Shown: in pieces, positions 1 through 9,953 of the stretch
Numbering within the stretch: the first letter of the stretch is position 1
Layout of the letters: every line of letters starts with the position of its first letter
Source of the DNA: Cyanobacteriota bacterium
GTDB taxonomy: Bacteria > Cyanobacteriota > Cyanobacteriia > Thermostichales > Thermostichaceae
Reading direction: 5' to 3'
Length of the DNA: 64,000 nt
NCBI GenBank assembly: GCA_033764955.1
Contig: JANRIL010000017.1
Location: forward strand, 1-64,000
Position numbers and translations under genes: made by a program
The notes under the pieces: model-generated
What the model was told of the DNA's origin: nothing
The model's input: the letters and a program-made list of their open reading frames with translations, nothing else
The model's database searches: none

Positions 1-304
1 CCTCTTCGTTATTCTTGACGAGGCTTGACTGTCTTTCTTTTTGGTTGCTGCTGTCTATTCGGTTCTCTAGGTTCAGTCGCGGTGATGGTCTTCCCTCTCG
101 ACCGCTTTACTAGGTTACTGCTACCCCCCCATCTGTGTCAAGCCTCTGAGACAACTGGAGGCAAGAATACTTGTCTATCTCAGGTCATGGGAGGAAATGA
201 CCATTAGCAGTGGGCTGTGCATGGGATCCTTTCGTAGGATTTGAGAGAAAGTTGAGTGCCAATTATGCCCCAACCAACCTGAAGTGATGTGAGGTAAAAC
301 ACTT

Positions 305-772
305 ATGCAATGGATCTCGTTTTCTTCTTTGTTGACCAGCTGTGCATTGGGGATAAGTTTGCTGCTTAGTAGCGCCCCCATAGCAGAGGCTCAGGTAGTG
401 GGACCACGGGGAACCACAGCTACGGGACGAAGGGCTGTTTTTACTAACCCAGAGGGAGGAACAACGGCTGTGGGAGGGGGGCAAGTGACGGGGGTAAAAG
501 ATTGTACGGTGCAGGGAATCGGTGGGGTTAAAACCTCTGGACAGGGAAGCGCTTCCTACGGAGGCGCAGCGTCTTCAAATGGTGACGATTGCACCAATGT
601 CGATGTTACGACCACAGGTACGGCTAGCTATCAAGATGGTCAATATTCTGGCAGCAACACCACGACGGTCAACGGCAAGACCTACTCCACTACAACTCAG
701 GATGGCAGCACAACGGTAACTAATCCTGAGGGAGAATCCGAAACCTACACACGTAATCGTCTTTTTCGTTGA
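305..772 (+). CDS. Secreted Gly/Thr-rich hypothetical protein
   Basis: 155 aa ORF with a signal-peptide-like N-terminus (..APIAEA|Q), G/T/S-rich body and two Cys in the mature part. Confidence 0.7.
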   Translation: MQWISFSSLLTSCALGISLLLSSAPIAEAQVVGPRGTTATGRRAVFTNPEGGTTAVGGGQVTGVKDCTVQGIGGVKTSGQGSASYGGAASSNGDDCTNVDVTTTGTASYQDGQYSGSNTTTVNGKTYSTTTQDGSTTVTNPEGESETYTRNRLFR

Positions 773-798
773 GCTTGTCTTGAGTGAGGAAGTTAGCT

Positions 799-2355
799 TT
801 AATTTCCTCCCAAGATGAGTAGCGCCACCAGGGATCCGGCATTCCAGCAACTGTGGAGCAACATGGGAGCCAGCAAGTTGCGGCTATGAGTGTAGATCAT
901 CCCTAAGACAAAGCCCAGAACGGTAAGTGGAATCAGATCGGCCAAGTTGAGGTGAGCGATGGCAAAGAGCAGAGCACTCAGACCTACGGCTCCCCAGGCA
1001 GGTAAATAACGGGTGAGGCTACTTAAAACGAAGCCTCGAAATAAGGTTTCTTCAAATAGGGGAGCCGAGATGGACACCACCGTAAAAAATATCAGGCGAG
1101 GAGCCCAACCTTGGCTTTGCAAAATTAGGGGCAAGATCGGGTTCCCCCCGCCTGCCTGGGGTAGCAACCACTCGGCAACAATTCCCCCAATCGACACCAA
1201 GGGGATAGCCACCCAATAGCCGGAGATCCCCCAAAGAGGCCAGTTACTGAACCAACGCACCTGTAAAACTTCTGGTGGCAGGGGTTGATAGCGGCGCACC
1301 ACTTGATAAATAACACCCAGTCCCCAGAGCGCCGCACAGTTGTAGGTTAGGAACAATTCAATGGCCTGCTGCCAATAGCTGAGTTGTCCGGGCTGGATCT
1401 GCAAGGAACTGAGATAGATCTGCGGAACCAGCCATCCCAAGATGAGGAATCCTAAAAACCACGTGGTCAAGACCCTTTGCAGCTCTCTGCCAGTCCATGG
1501 CACTGACCATGCTTCTCCAAAAACATCCTGTTTATGAAGAAGAACCCAGATGATCCAGCCCAAGCCTATGCCCAATCCCAGCAGGGATCCCAGCAATGGC
1601 AACCCACCCACCAGAGTCAGTCGCCCTAGAGCAGCCAGCGCCACTTTTTCTTGAGATTGGGTGAGGGCATTGAGCGCCTCTCCCCGTTGCTGCAAACTAA
1701 ATAGTCGTTGTAGCGTGGTTGCCTCAAACCAGCCATCCAAATGGCGCTGCACCAGTAATTCTGCATCGGGCAAGATACGTCTAGGGCTAGCCCACAAACC
1801 TAAAATAGCCGTGGCTGTTTCCGCCAATTCGGGGGTTTCAATCTGCTGCCAATAACGGGTTGCCTCGGCCAAATTCTCTTGATAGGCGAGCAAAATACCG
1901 CTTCGTAGGCTGAGAATATCCCGTTCCTGAGTGAGTTGTTGTTGCTTGGCTGAGGTCAGTTCGACGAGAGGCGGGGCGGATGGATTGGTGTTAGGGTCGG
2001 GTAAGGGATCCCCTGCCAGTGGGGGAGAGACAAGCGATTGGCTAAGGGATAAGCGTTGGCTCAAGCGATCGGTAGCCTGTTGATAGCGATTGCTAGCCAT
2101 TTGAATGACATCGCTGCCCAGCAACGCTCTGGCTAGATGTTGATAATTGGGATCATCCAGGGTACGGGAGGCTTGCAACGCCAGATTGGTTTGGAATAAG
2201 TCCAGTTGGGTTTGGGGGGACGGTTGCAGCCAGCTACTCCACAGGGACAAACAGGCGGCGAGAAGGGCTAACCCTGACAACAAGTGCCAGAGGAAACGAG
2301 ACACTGGATGATCACGAAACATGGATATGGCAGGTCGGAACATAAGGTTTCTCAA
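799..2355 (-). CDS. CPBP (CAAX/Abi) family intramembrane metalloprotease
   Basis: C-terminal motifs APLFEETLFRG, FAIAH, HSCWN; multiple TM segments; true start probably slightly downstream. Confidence 0.9.
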   Translation of the reverse strand: MRNLMFRPAISMFRDHPVSRFLWHLLSGLALLAACLSLWSSWLQPSPQTQLDLFQTNLALQASRTLDDPNYQHLARALLGSDVIQMASNRYQQATDRLSQRLSLSQSLVSPPLAGDPLPDPNTNPSAPPLVELTSAKQQQLTQERDILSLRSGILLAYQENLAEATRYWQQIETPELAETATAILGLWASPRRILPDAELLVQRHLDGWFEATTLQRLFSLQQRGEALNALTQSQEKVALAALGRLTLVGGLPLLGSLLGLGIGLGWIIWVLLHKQDVFGEAWSVPWTGRELQRVLTTWFLGFLILGWLVPQIYLSSLQIQPGQLSYWQQAIELFLTYNCAALWGLGVIYQVVRRYQPLPPEVLQVRWFSNWPLWGISGYWVAIPLVSIGGIVAEWLLPQAGGGNPILPLILQSQGWAPRLIFFTVVSISAPLFEETLFRGFVLSSLTRYLPAWGAVGLSALLFAIAHLNLADLIPLTVLGFVLGMIYTHSRNLLAPMLLHSCWNAGSLVALLILGGN

Positions 2356-2512
2356 TTGTCACCAATCTTGAGCCATCTCGCCGCTTTTATGGCTGGGATC
2401 CGGAATCTTCCCTTATCCAAACCAGATCGGCAAGCCACCAATCGCTCAGGAGATTCCTGAAAATCTGCCTGCTAGAGTGTAGGGAAGATATGGCTTTTCC
2501 TCGGCATTTTTT

Positions 2513-4162
2513 GTGTTTTTACGTTTTGCTCAAACCAGTGGCCGACAAGCGGAAATCCTGGAGGTTGTTTTTCGCAACGGCTGGGACTACATGCGTCGCC
2601 TTTTGGCAGGATCCAAACCGGACACGCCACAACTGCCTCCTCCGGCGGTTTTCCGCAACATATTGGTAGAGCTAGGGCCTGTTTATGTCAAATTGGGTCA
2701 ATTGCTCAGCACCCGCCCCGATCTGCTGCCACCCTCCTATATTCAGGCATTGACGGATCTACAAGCTAATGTCCCGGCGGTGGACTGGCGAGATATCGAG
2801 ATTGTGATTCGCCAGCAGTTACGGGATCCCTTGGAGGAAACCTTTCAAACCATTCAGACTATCCCTGTGGCCGCCGGATCGATTGCCCAAACCCATCGCG
2901 CCACCCTCAAAGATGGGCGGGAGGTGGCCTTAAAAGTTCAGCGCCCCGCCATTGAAAAAATTGTCGAACAGGATATGAGTCTGATCCGCGGGCTGGCGGA
3001 ATTGGTGGCTCAGACAGAATTTGGCCGTGTTTCGGATGTGGTGGGATTAGCAGATGAATTTGCCGCCGCCCTGCGAGCCGAGTTGAGCTTTACGCAGGAA
3101 GCCACCTATACCGATCAACTGCGCCAGAATATGTCCAATAGTCGGTGGTTTCAGCCCAATCGCTTGGTAATTCCTGAAATCTTCTGGTCACTCACCACCG
3201 ATCGCCTGCTGGTGATGGAGTGGCTGGAGGGGGAACCGTTGCTGAAGGGGGCTTTCGGATCGACTAGCTCCGATAGCCAAACGGAACGCGCTGGGATTGC
3301 TAGCCTACTGACTCGTGCTTTTTTTCAGCAGATTTGTATTGATGGATTTTTCCATGCGGATCCCCATCCCGGCAACTTATTCTATTTACAGGATGGGCGA
3401 GTGGCTCTGCTGGATTGTGGCATGATGGGGCGTTTAGATCCGCGCACTCAACAAATTTTGCTGGAGTTAATTCTCTCGATCGTCAGCTTAGATGCTCAAC
3501 GCTGTAGTGAATTGACCCTGCAACTGGCTCCCCCCACACAGCCGATTAACTTAGCTCGTCTGGAGGCAGATTATGAGCGGCTCTTGCGGCAATACTATAG
3601 TCTGAGCGTTTCCCAGCTCAACTTTAGCCTGCTCTTTTATGAAGTTTTGGAGGCGGCACGGCGCAATCAAATCCGCATCCCAGGCAACCTGGGACTATGT
3701 GCGAAATCTTTGGCAAATTTGGAAGGGGTGGCTCGCCAACTGGATCCCGAGTTTAATTTGCCCGATCAGATCCGCCCCCTCATGACGGATTTATTCCGCA
3801 AACAGCTCATCGGAGAAGCTCCTGTCCCTGCTATTTTGCGAGCCGCCCTCGATCTGAAAACCTTGTCTCTGCAATCCCCTCGCCAGCTAGAGGTGCTACT
3901 TAACCGCGTTACCTCAGAAACCCTGCGCTGGAATCTGCAAATTCAGGAATTGGATGCTGTACGCCAAAGTGTGGATAACTCCGCCAACCGTTTATCCTTC
4001 AGCATTGTTGTGGGATCCCTGATCATGGGAGCAGCCATGATTTCCTCCCAAGCCCAACGGCTGCAAGTCTACTGGGTGAGTGAAGTCTTGTTTGCCGCCG
4101 CTAGCCTGCTGGGATTGTGGCTGATCATTAGTATTTTGCGCTCCGGTCGTCTACGGGAATAA
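2513..4162 (+). CDS. ABC1/AarF/UbiB family atypical kinase
   Basis: ELGPVYVKLGQLLSTRPDL, AAGSIAQTH, VALKVQRP, FFHADPHPGN, LLDCGM motifs. Confidence 0.95.
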   Translation: MFLRFAQTSGRQAEILEVVFRNGWDYMRRLLAGSKPDTPQLPPPAVFRNILVELGPVYVKLGQLLSTRPDLLPPSYIQALTDLQANVPAVDWRDIEIVIRQQLRDPLEETFQTIQTIPVAAGSIAQTHRATLKDGREVALKVQRPAIEKIVEQDMSLIRGLAELVAQTEFGRVSDVVGLADEFAAALRAELSFTQEATYTDQLRQNMSNSRWFQPNRLVIPEIFWSLTTDRLLVMEWLEGEPLLKGAFGSTSSDSQTERAGIASLLTRAFFQQICIDGFFHADPHPGNLFYLQDGRVALLDCGMMGRLDPRTQQILLELILSIVSLDAQRCSELTLQLAPPTQPINLARLEADYERLLRQYYSLSVSQLNFSLLFYEVLEAARRNQIRIPGNLGLCAKSLANLEGVARQLDPEFNLPDQIRPLMTDLFRKQLIGEAPVPAILRAALDLKTLSLQSPRQLEVLLNRVTSETLRWNLQIQELDAVRQSVDNSANRLSFSIVVGSLIMGAAMISSQAQRLQVYWVSEVLFAAASLLGLWLIISILRSGRLRE

Positions 4163-4218
4163 GCGAGGGAAATTTTGCCTTGAGGGTTTATGAGGTTTTG
4201 CTGAAACGGACTCAACCC

Positions 4219-5364
4219 CTAATTTTGGGAGAGAAACTCCCGATCGATGGGCAACGGGGCAACGGGTTCTGTGAGGAGAAAGGATCCCGATGCAATCCAC
4301 TGTTTGAGCATACTGGCGACTTCTGCCGATCGTCGTAAGCTGGCGAGGGGGGCGACCCGCACCTTTTGCCCATTCAACATCAGGGATCCCGACTTGAGTT
4401 GGGCATAGCTAACCAGTCCGAAGGTAGGGCGAACCCGGCGGGGAATGGCAAAATCAATCACGGGAGCCACCAAATCCTCATCCTTGACCATAGCGTGGGC
4501 GATCACCTGGGGAGTTAAAACCGGCAAAGGGATCCCCACCCCCAACAGCAAGGAGGAGCCATACTGACGAAAGTAGCACCCCCTCACCCAGCGGGGATCC
4601 ATCCCTTTCGCATCCCCCACCAGGGCAAGCGTCGCCGCTGGACCAATCGGGGTTTGATTCTCCAGCCGTTTTTGCAAAGGAAAGTGCTGGGTTCCCTCCC
4701 AGGCAATGTAGCCCACCCCCCCACCCAAAAAGATGCGCGTGCCAATGCCAATCGCGGTGAGCCACGGATCATTGAGCAACGGGGAGAGGGATCCCGGATT
4801 GGAATAGATGGCATTGCCCAAATGGGGCTGCAACAAGCCCAAGTAGGTGTGGAGCGGTCGATCCCCGCCATTCACCCCCACAATAAAGTTTTGGTAGGCA
4901 TTGCGCGGGTTAAACAAATAAAACTGGTTAAGGCGATCCCGCGTGAGGGTGGTCTCCAGCTCCGCCCGTGGATAGCAGTCCGTCACCTGACCCAGCGCCC
5001 GCAACGACACCGCCTTGCCGGCGATCAGATCGGCAATCACCTGCCCTCCCCCGTAGAGTGCCTCCGCCTGCTCGCAAGGTTGCGTGGCTCCAATATAAAG
5101 ATCCACCGCCCCAAAGCCTGCATAGGCGGCCACCTGATTCAGCCACGCCTGTCGAATTTTGATGGGGGGATCCGGTTGCCCCAGATTGAGAATCGCCCCT
5201 GACGACTCCATCGGCTCAAACGTGCCGGTTGTGATCACCTCCACCTGCTCAAAAGCCGCTTCGATCCCCACCCGTGCTGCCAGAGCCTTCAACTGCATCA
5301 CCGTCAGCACCTTGGCTTGACCCGCTTGAATCTTTTGGTTGATCTCCTGAATAGTCCGTTCCAT
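4219..5364 (-). CDS. DUF39 family homocysteine biosynthesis protein
   Basis: RTIQEINQKI start, ITTGTFEPMESSG, LFNPRNAYQN, IGIGTRIFLGG, WEGTQH motifs. Confidence 0.85.
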   Translation of the reverse strand: MERTIQEINQKIQAGQAKVLTVMQLKALAARVGIEAAFEQVEVITTGTFEPMESSGAILNLGQPDPPIKIRQAWLNQVAAYAGFGAVDLYIGATQPCEQAEALYGGGQVIADLIAGKAVSLRALGQVTDCYPRAELETTLTRDRLNQFYLFNPRNAYQNFIVGVNGGDRPLHTYLGLLQPHLGNAIYSNPGSLSPLLNDPWLTAIGIGTRIFLGGGVGYIAWEGTQHFPLQKRLENQTPIGPAATLALVGDAKGMDPRWVRGCYFRQYGSSLLLGVGIPLPVLTPQVIAHAMVKDEDLVAPVIDFAIPRRVRPTFGLVSYAQLKSGSLMLNGQKVRVAPLASLRRSAEVASMLKQWIASGSFLLTEPVAPLPIDREFLSQN

Positions 5365-5436
5365 GAAAAAGTCCTATCGGTGATTTATGCCGCGATTTTC
5401 CGTATCATAGGGGAATAACTATTAAGAAATGTAACT

Positions 5437-6147
5437 ATGCGTGGCAAGGTGGTCTTGGTAACAGGCGCAACAGGCGGGATCGGCAGTGCGCTCGTCCCGT
5501 GGCTAGCTGAGCAGGGATGTCAGTTGGTCTTGGCCGCACGGCGAGCTGAACAACTCGCTGTTTTGGTCAATCAAACGGCTCAACAAACCTCCGTGATCGG
5601 GATCCCGACGGATGTCAGCCAATTTTCCCAAGCAGAAGCGCTGGTCTCCCAAGCCTACAACCAGTTTGGTCGGATTGATATCTTGATCAATGCCGCCGGG
5701 CAGGGGGTGCTCAAGCCCCTATCTCAACTCACCCCCACCGATCTAGAAAAGCTGCTGGATGTCAACCTGAAGGGTAGCTTTTACACCAGCCAACTGGTCA
5801 GCAATCTGATGCGCGAACAAAAGTCCGGCCATATTCTCAATTTTCCTGGCATTCTGGGGCGCTATCCGATGGCGATGGCGGCTGCCTATTGTGCTTCTAA
5901 GTTTGGGGTAGTGGGTTTTAGCAAATGTATGGCCGATGAACTGAAACGCTTTGGGGTGAAGGTGACCCTCTTTTACTTTGGCGGCATTGATTCTCCCTTT
6001 TGGGACAGTATCAGCATGAAGGTACAACGGGACAAAATGCTCAAACTGGATACCGCCCTGCAAGCCATTCAGTTTGCCTTGACGGTACCTGAGGAAGCCA
6101 TTCCCAGTGAGGTTGTCCTTCAGCCAGAAAGCCACCAATTTTTGTAA
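5437..6147 (+). CDS. SDR family oxidoreductase
   Basis: TGATGGIG NAD-binding motif, INAAG, YCASK catalytic YxxxK. Confidence 0.95.
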   Translation: MRGKVVLVTGATGGIGSALVPWLAEQGCQLVLAARRAEQLAVLVNQTAQQTSVIGIPTDVSQFSQAEALVSQAYNQFGRIDILINAAGQGVLKPLSQLTPTDLEKLLDVNLKGSFYTSQLVSNLMREQKSGHILNFPGILGRYPMAMAAAYCASKFGVVGFSKCMADELKRFGVKVTLFYFGGIDSPFWDSISMKVQRDKMLKLDTALQAIQFALTVPEEAIPSEVVLQPESHQFL

Positions 6148-6221
6148 GACCTAAGGGGAAATCCCACCCCCATCTTGGGTAAAAATAATGATAGGGAACA
6201 CACAAAGAAAGGGTAGGCTGC

Positions 6222-6332
6222 ATGGATAAGAACCACTATTCCTGGAAAGGCAGCCCCAATGCTGGGCGAGTCCTGTTAATTTTAGCCGCGCTGGGAGCCA
6301 TCCTCGTGTTGTGGGCAGGGTTCTCCTCCTAA
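6222..6332 (+). CDS. Putative 36 aa single-TM small protein
   Basis: Translated by hand: MDKNHYSWKGSPNAGRVLLILAALGAILVLWAGFSS; purine-rich GAAAGGGTAGG upstream; fills an intergenic gap. Confidence 0.5.
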   Translation: MDKNHYSWKGSPNAGRVLLILAALGAILVLWAGFSS

Positions 6333-6407
6333 TCAGCCATTGTCATCCAAACTGGGTTAGGGCATTTTGGCTTCTGTTTAGCTCATGTTCTCTCATGGAT
6401 CCCCCTC

Positions 6408-7079
6408 ATGTCTGACTTTATTGATGATGCGGCCACTCTGTTTAAGCGTTATGCAGCTGGGGATCGCCAGTTTAATGGCGTCATCCTGACAGGCGTTCTG
6501 TTGCGTGGGGTGGATTTGAGCGGCTCCAACTTTCGGGGTGCTAGTTTTTGGGAAGCCGATCTGAGTGAAGCTAACCTGAGCGGAGCCAACCTACGGGAAT
6601 CCAATTTAATTTCCGCCAACCTGCGTAACACCAACCTGCGCGGAGCCAATCTGAGTGGAGCCAATCTGACGGCAGTAGACCTGCGGGGAGCCGATCTCAC
6701 AGAAGCCAAGCTGTGGGGAACCAATTTTCGCCGTGCCCTGCTGACCGGAACGATTTTGCGGGAGGCTAACTTGCAAGGAGCCAATCTCTGGGCAGCCGAC
6801 TTGCAGGAAGCCGATTTAAGTGGAGCTAGTTTAGAAGGGGCAGAACTACCCGAAGCAAACCTAAACAAAGCCCAACTATGGGGAGCCGATCTGAGTGGGG
6901 CAGAGTTGAGCGGGGTCACAATGGAGGAGGCGGATCTGTGGGGAGCCGATCTCAGCCAAACCAACTTAACCCAAATTACTTTTCAGCACGCCAACTTCAA
7001 AGGTGCCCACTACGACCAATACACTCGTTTTCAAGAGGGCTTTGACCCCATCCAAGCCGGCATGCAGAAAGTCGAATAA
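6408..7079 (+). CDS. Pentapeptide repeat protein
   Basis: Long run of A(D/N)LxG/E pentapeptides; RYAAGDRQF N-terminus and YDQYTRFQEGFDP C-terminus. Confidence 0.95.
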   Translation: MSDFIDDAATLFKRYAAGDRQFNGVILTGVLLRGVDLSGSNFRGASFWEADLSEANLSGANLRESNLISANLRNTNLRGANLSGANLTAVDLRGADLTEAKLWGTNFRRALLTGTILREANLQGANLWAADLQEADLSGASLEGAELPEANLNKAQLWGADLSGAELSGVTMEEADLWGADLSQTNLTQITFQHANFKGAHYDQYTRFQEGFDPIQAGMQKVE

Positions 7080-7191
7080 GCGAAGGGATCCCTCCCCTAG
7101 CCGGCAAGGCCAGAAAAAAGAAATAGAGACCCTCCCAAGAAAGAAGATCTCCAATGTTTTATTGTAAAGACTCAAAACGGGGCAAATAGTC

Positions 7192-7290
7192 CTATTTTTT
7201 CTGCACCTTGGGGGTCTCGCGGAAGGCAATAGCGAAGAACAAAGTCCCCAGAATTAAAAACAAAATGAACGTATAGAGAATGGCTTCCAT
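7192..7290 (-). CDS. psbT: Photosystem II reaction centre protein T
   Basis: Translated by hand: [40 protein letters not shown]; directly downstream of psbB; missing from the ORF track. Confidence 0.95.
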   Translation of the reverse strand: MEAILYTFILFLILGTLFFAIAFRETPKVQKK

Positions 7291-7350
7291 GATCAGTTCT
7301 CCAAGTCAAGTTTTTTAGATAGGGATCCTCATTACCCATGATAACGAAAT

Positions 7351-7393
7351 GGCTCTGAAACCCACCCCATTTCTCAAGACAGGTTTCAGAACC
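7351..7393 (-). other. Stem-loop between psbB and psbT (mRNA stabilising or processing hairpin)
   Basis: Minus strand GGTTCTGAAACC...GGTTTCAGAGCC, a 12 bp stem with one G-U pair, 8 nt after the psbB stop. Confidence 0.55.
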
Positions 7394-7401
7394 GAACCCA
7401 A

Positions 7402-8937
7402 TTAGGCTTGGGCTTCTCGCCGTCGAGTTGTCCGGTCGCCCAGCTTTTGGAACATGCCAAACTCGACCATTTCTTCTTCCATGTTGGGGTCGATCCCGGC
7501 AAACACATCGCGGAACAGGGTTCGTGCCCCATGCCAAATGTGGCCGAAGAAGAAGAGCAAGGCAAAAACAGCATGTCCAAAGGTAAACCAACCGCGTGGA
7601 CTGGTGCGGAATACCCCGTCGGACTTGAGGGTTTCGCGGTCAAACTCAAAAAGCTGACCTAACTGGGCTTTGCGGGCATATTTCTTGACTGTGGCTGGAT
7701 CCGAGAACTTTTGCCCAGCCAATTTGCCCCCAAAAAACTCCACGGTTACTCCCACCTGTTCAAAGCTGTACTTCGATTCGGCCCGTCGGAAGGGAATGTC
7801 TGCCCGGATCACGCCATCCGCATCCCGCAGAATCACCGGATAGGTTTCAAAGAAGTTGGGTAACCGCTCTACGCTTAGTTCACGGCCTTCAGCATCCCGA
7901 AAGACAGCAGCCCCCAGCCATTCGGTAGCAACACCATCCCCTTTGTTCATTGGGCCGGCGCGGAACAAACCACCCTTGGCAGGGCTGTTGCCCACATAGT
8001 CATAGAAAAGCAGGGATCCCGGCAAGGCTTCCCAGGCTTCTTCACGGCTCAAGCCTGCTTCCATGCTTGTGGCAACGCGGCGGTTAATCTCCTGCTGATA
8101 GTAGCTAGCATCCCACTGATAGCGGGTCGGGCCAAATAGCTCCACCGGAGTCGTGGCACTGCCATACCACATCGTGCCCGCCACGACAAAAGCCGCGAAA
8201 AAGACGGCGGCAATCGAGCTGGAGAGAACGGTTTCAATGTTACCCATCCGCAGCGCTCGATAGAGTCGTTGGGGAGGCCGCACCGTCAAGTGGAATAGCC
8301 CGGCAATAATGCCTACGATTCCAGCGGCAATGTGATGGGCTACCACCCCACCAGCGTTGTAGGGATTAAATCCGGCAGGTCCCCACTCTGGGGCAACCGG
8401 TTGAACATGCCCCGTCAGGCCATAGGGATCCGAGACCCACGTCCCAGGCCCCCACACCCCCGTGAGATGGAAGGCTCCAAAACCAAAGCAGAGCAATCCC
8501 GACAATAAGAGATGAATGCCAAACATCTTCGGCAAATCGAGAGCCGGTTCACCCGTGCGAGGATCCCGGAACAGCTCCAAGTCCCAGTAGACCCAATGCC
8601 AGCAGGCTGCCAAAAACAGCAACCCCGATAAAACGATGTGAGCCGTTGCCACCCCTTCAAAAGTCCAGAAGCCAGCGTTAGCAACGCTTTCTCCATAAAT
8701 ATTCCAGCCACCCCAGGAATTTTCGACCCCTAAGCGAGCCATAAAGGGCATGACAAACATGCCTTGCCGCCACATCGGGTTCAAAACAGGGTCACTGGGA
8801 TCAAAAATTGCGGTTTCATACAAGGCCATCGACCCCGCCCAGCCAGCCACCAATGCGGTGTGCATGAGGTGAACGGAAATCAGGCGACCTGGGTCATTCA
8901 GTACGACCGTATGTACCCGGTACCACGGTAATCCCAT
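7402..8937 (-). CDS. psbB: Photosystem II CP47 chlorophyll-binding protein
   Basis: [37 protein letters not shown]; full length 511 aa. Confidence 0.99.
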   Translation of the reverse strand: MGLPWYRVHTVVLNDPGRLISVHLMHTALVAGWAGSMALYETAIFDPSDPVLNPMWRQGMFVMPFMARLGVENSWGGWNIYGESVANAGFWTFEGVATAHIVLSGLLFLAACWHWVYWDLELFRDPRTGEPALDLPKMFGIHLLLSGLLCFGFGAFHLTGVWGPGTWVSDPYGLTGHVQPVAPEWGPAGFNPYNAGGVVAHHIAAGIVGIIAGLFHLTVRPPQRLYRALRMGNIETVLSSSIAAVFFAAFVVAGTMWYGSATTPVELFGPTRYQWDASYYQQEINRRVATSMEAGLSREEAWEALPGSLLFYDYVGNSPAKGGLFRAGPMNKGDGVATEWLGAAVFRDAEGRELSVERLPNFFETYPVILRDADGVIRADIPFRRAESKYSFEQVGVTVEFFGGKLAGQKFSDPATVKKYARKAQLGQLFEFDRETLKSDGVFRTSPRGWFTFGHAVFALLFFFGHIWHGARTLFRDVFAGIDPNMEEEMVEFGMFQKLGDRTTRRREAQA

Positions 8938-9254
8938 AAAGTGCGATCCTCCACTTGCTCCAACAGATTTTGCTTTTTATAAAGCAGTATTGACTAACTG
9001 TGGCTCTGGCTGAGCAGGCCTAAGTTAAGCTCCAGGCTCGAGACGATTGGGCGCCTTAAGCTGGCGAGTGTTGCATCCTTAAGCCGCTTTTGAATGAACG
9101 CCTGGGACACAGGGTGCTATCGACAAGCGCGCCTTGATGAACTGGCCAGTTGTTTCGTTTCGTTGATTTCAGAATCTCAGCCCCTGACCAGCCCCAGCAA
9201 AAAATCCTAAAACTGATGACGAGAGGTTGCTGCTTTCTCAGAAACGTAACCACA

Positions 9255-9282
9255 AGCATAAAACAGTATAACGAAGTGCAAC
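9255..9282 (-). promoter_or_regulatory. Putative HLR1-like (RpaB) tandem repeat upstream of psbB
   Basis: Minus strand GTTGCACT-TC-GTTATACT-GT-TTTATGCT: three imperfect (G/T)TTACA(T/A)(T/A) units at a 10 bp period. Confidence 0.35.
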
Positions 9283-9475
9283 TACGCTTGGATGACTCCC
9301 CAGCTTGAGGCAAATAACTTCCCCCATGATCTCAGATCCTCGCCAGCGCCTTAATATAGCAACACAAAAATTCATAAAAGTCAGAAAAGTGGAACGGATC
9401 CCCGATATGGTTGAGTAGGGGAATATCCCCACAGACAAGAGCAAGCAAGCGAAACCCGCAAGGAGTATTTATTTT

Positions 9476-9772
9476 ATGGCAACCATTCAATTTGTTAACG
9501 AAGCCAAAGCGGTTTTTGCCATCGACGGATCGAACCTCCGCCTGAAGGCACTAGAGAACCAGGTGGATATCTACAAAATGGTGGCTAAACTGATGAACTG
9601 TGGTGGAAACGGACAGTGTGGAACCTGCGTGGTAGAGGTGGTGTCCGGATCCGAGCATCTGTCTCCCCGTACCGCCGCCGAAGAGCGCCACCTCAAAAAG
9701 AAGCCTGCTAACTACCGCTTGGCGTGCCAAACCAAAGTGTTAGGAGATGTTTCTATCCAGACTAAACCCTGA
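9476..9772 (+). CDS. 2Fe-2S ferredoxin-like protein
   Basis: [11 protein letters not shown]...RLACQT; conserved psbB/ferredoxin/psbM neighbourhood. Confidence 0.93.
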   Translation: MATIQFVNEAKAVFAIDGSNLRLKALENQVDIYKMVAKLMNCGGNGQCGTCVVEVVSGSEHLSPRTAAEERHLKKKPANYRLACQTKVLGDVSIQTKP

Positions 9773-9845
9773 GTAGAGTTGCCAATGTCGAGGATGACCA
9801 GCAAATGATATGCTGATGGCGACATCTTTTGACAGGCAGAGGGTT

Positions 9846-9953
9846 ATGGAAACCAACTTTTTAGGGATCCTCGGATCCGTCCTTGTGGTTTTGGTTCCCG
9901 CCATCTTTTTGGTGATTTTGTATGTGCAAACTGCTAGCCGTGGTGAAGGCTAA
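9846..9953 (+). CDS. psbM: Photosystem II reaction centre protein M
   Basis: Translated by hand: METNFLGILGSVLVVLVPAIFLVILYVQTASRGEG; GAGGG RBS; follows the ferredoxin gene; missing from the ORF track. Confidence 0.93.
   Translation: METNFLGILGSVLVVLVPAIFLVILYVQTASRGEG

Noticed and set aside
1..304. ORFs at the left window edge
   Set aside because: Short, with no motifs; cannot be supported without upstream sequence
6449..6964. Repetitive LAP-rich - strand ORF
   Set aside because: Mirror of the pentapeptide repeat gene
6540..6970. 15 bp-period DNA repeats (GGAGCCAATCTG/GGAGCCGATCTG) as a possible CRISPR or tandem array
   Set aside because: Explained by pentapeptide coding repeats; no unique spacers
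7172..7591. 139 aa ORF overlapping the psbB end
   Set aside because: The real gene here is psbT (7192-7290) in another frame
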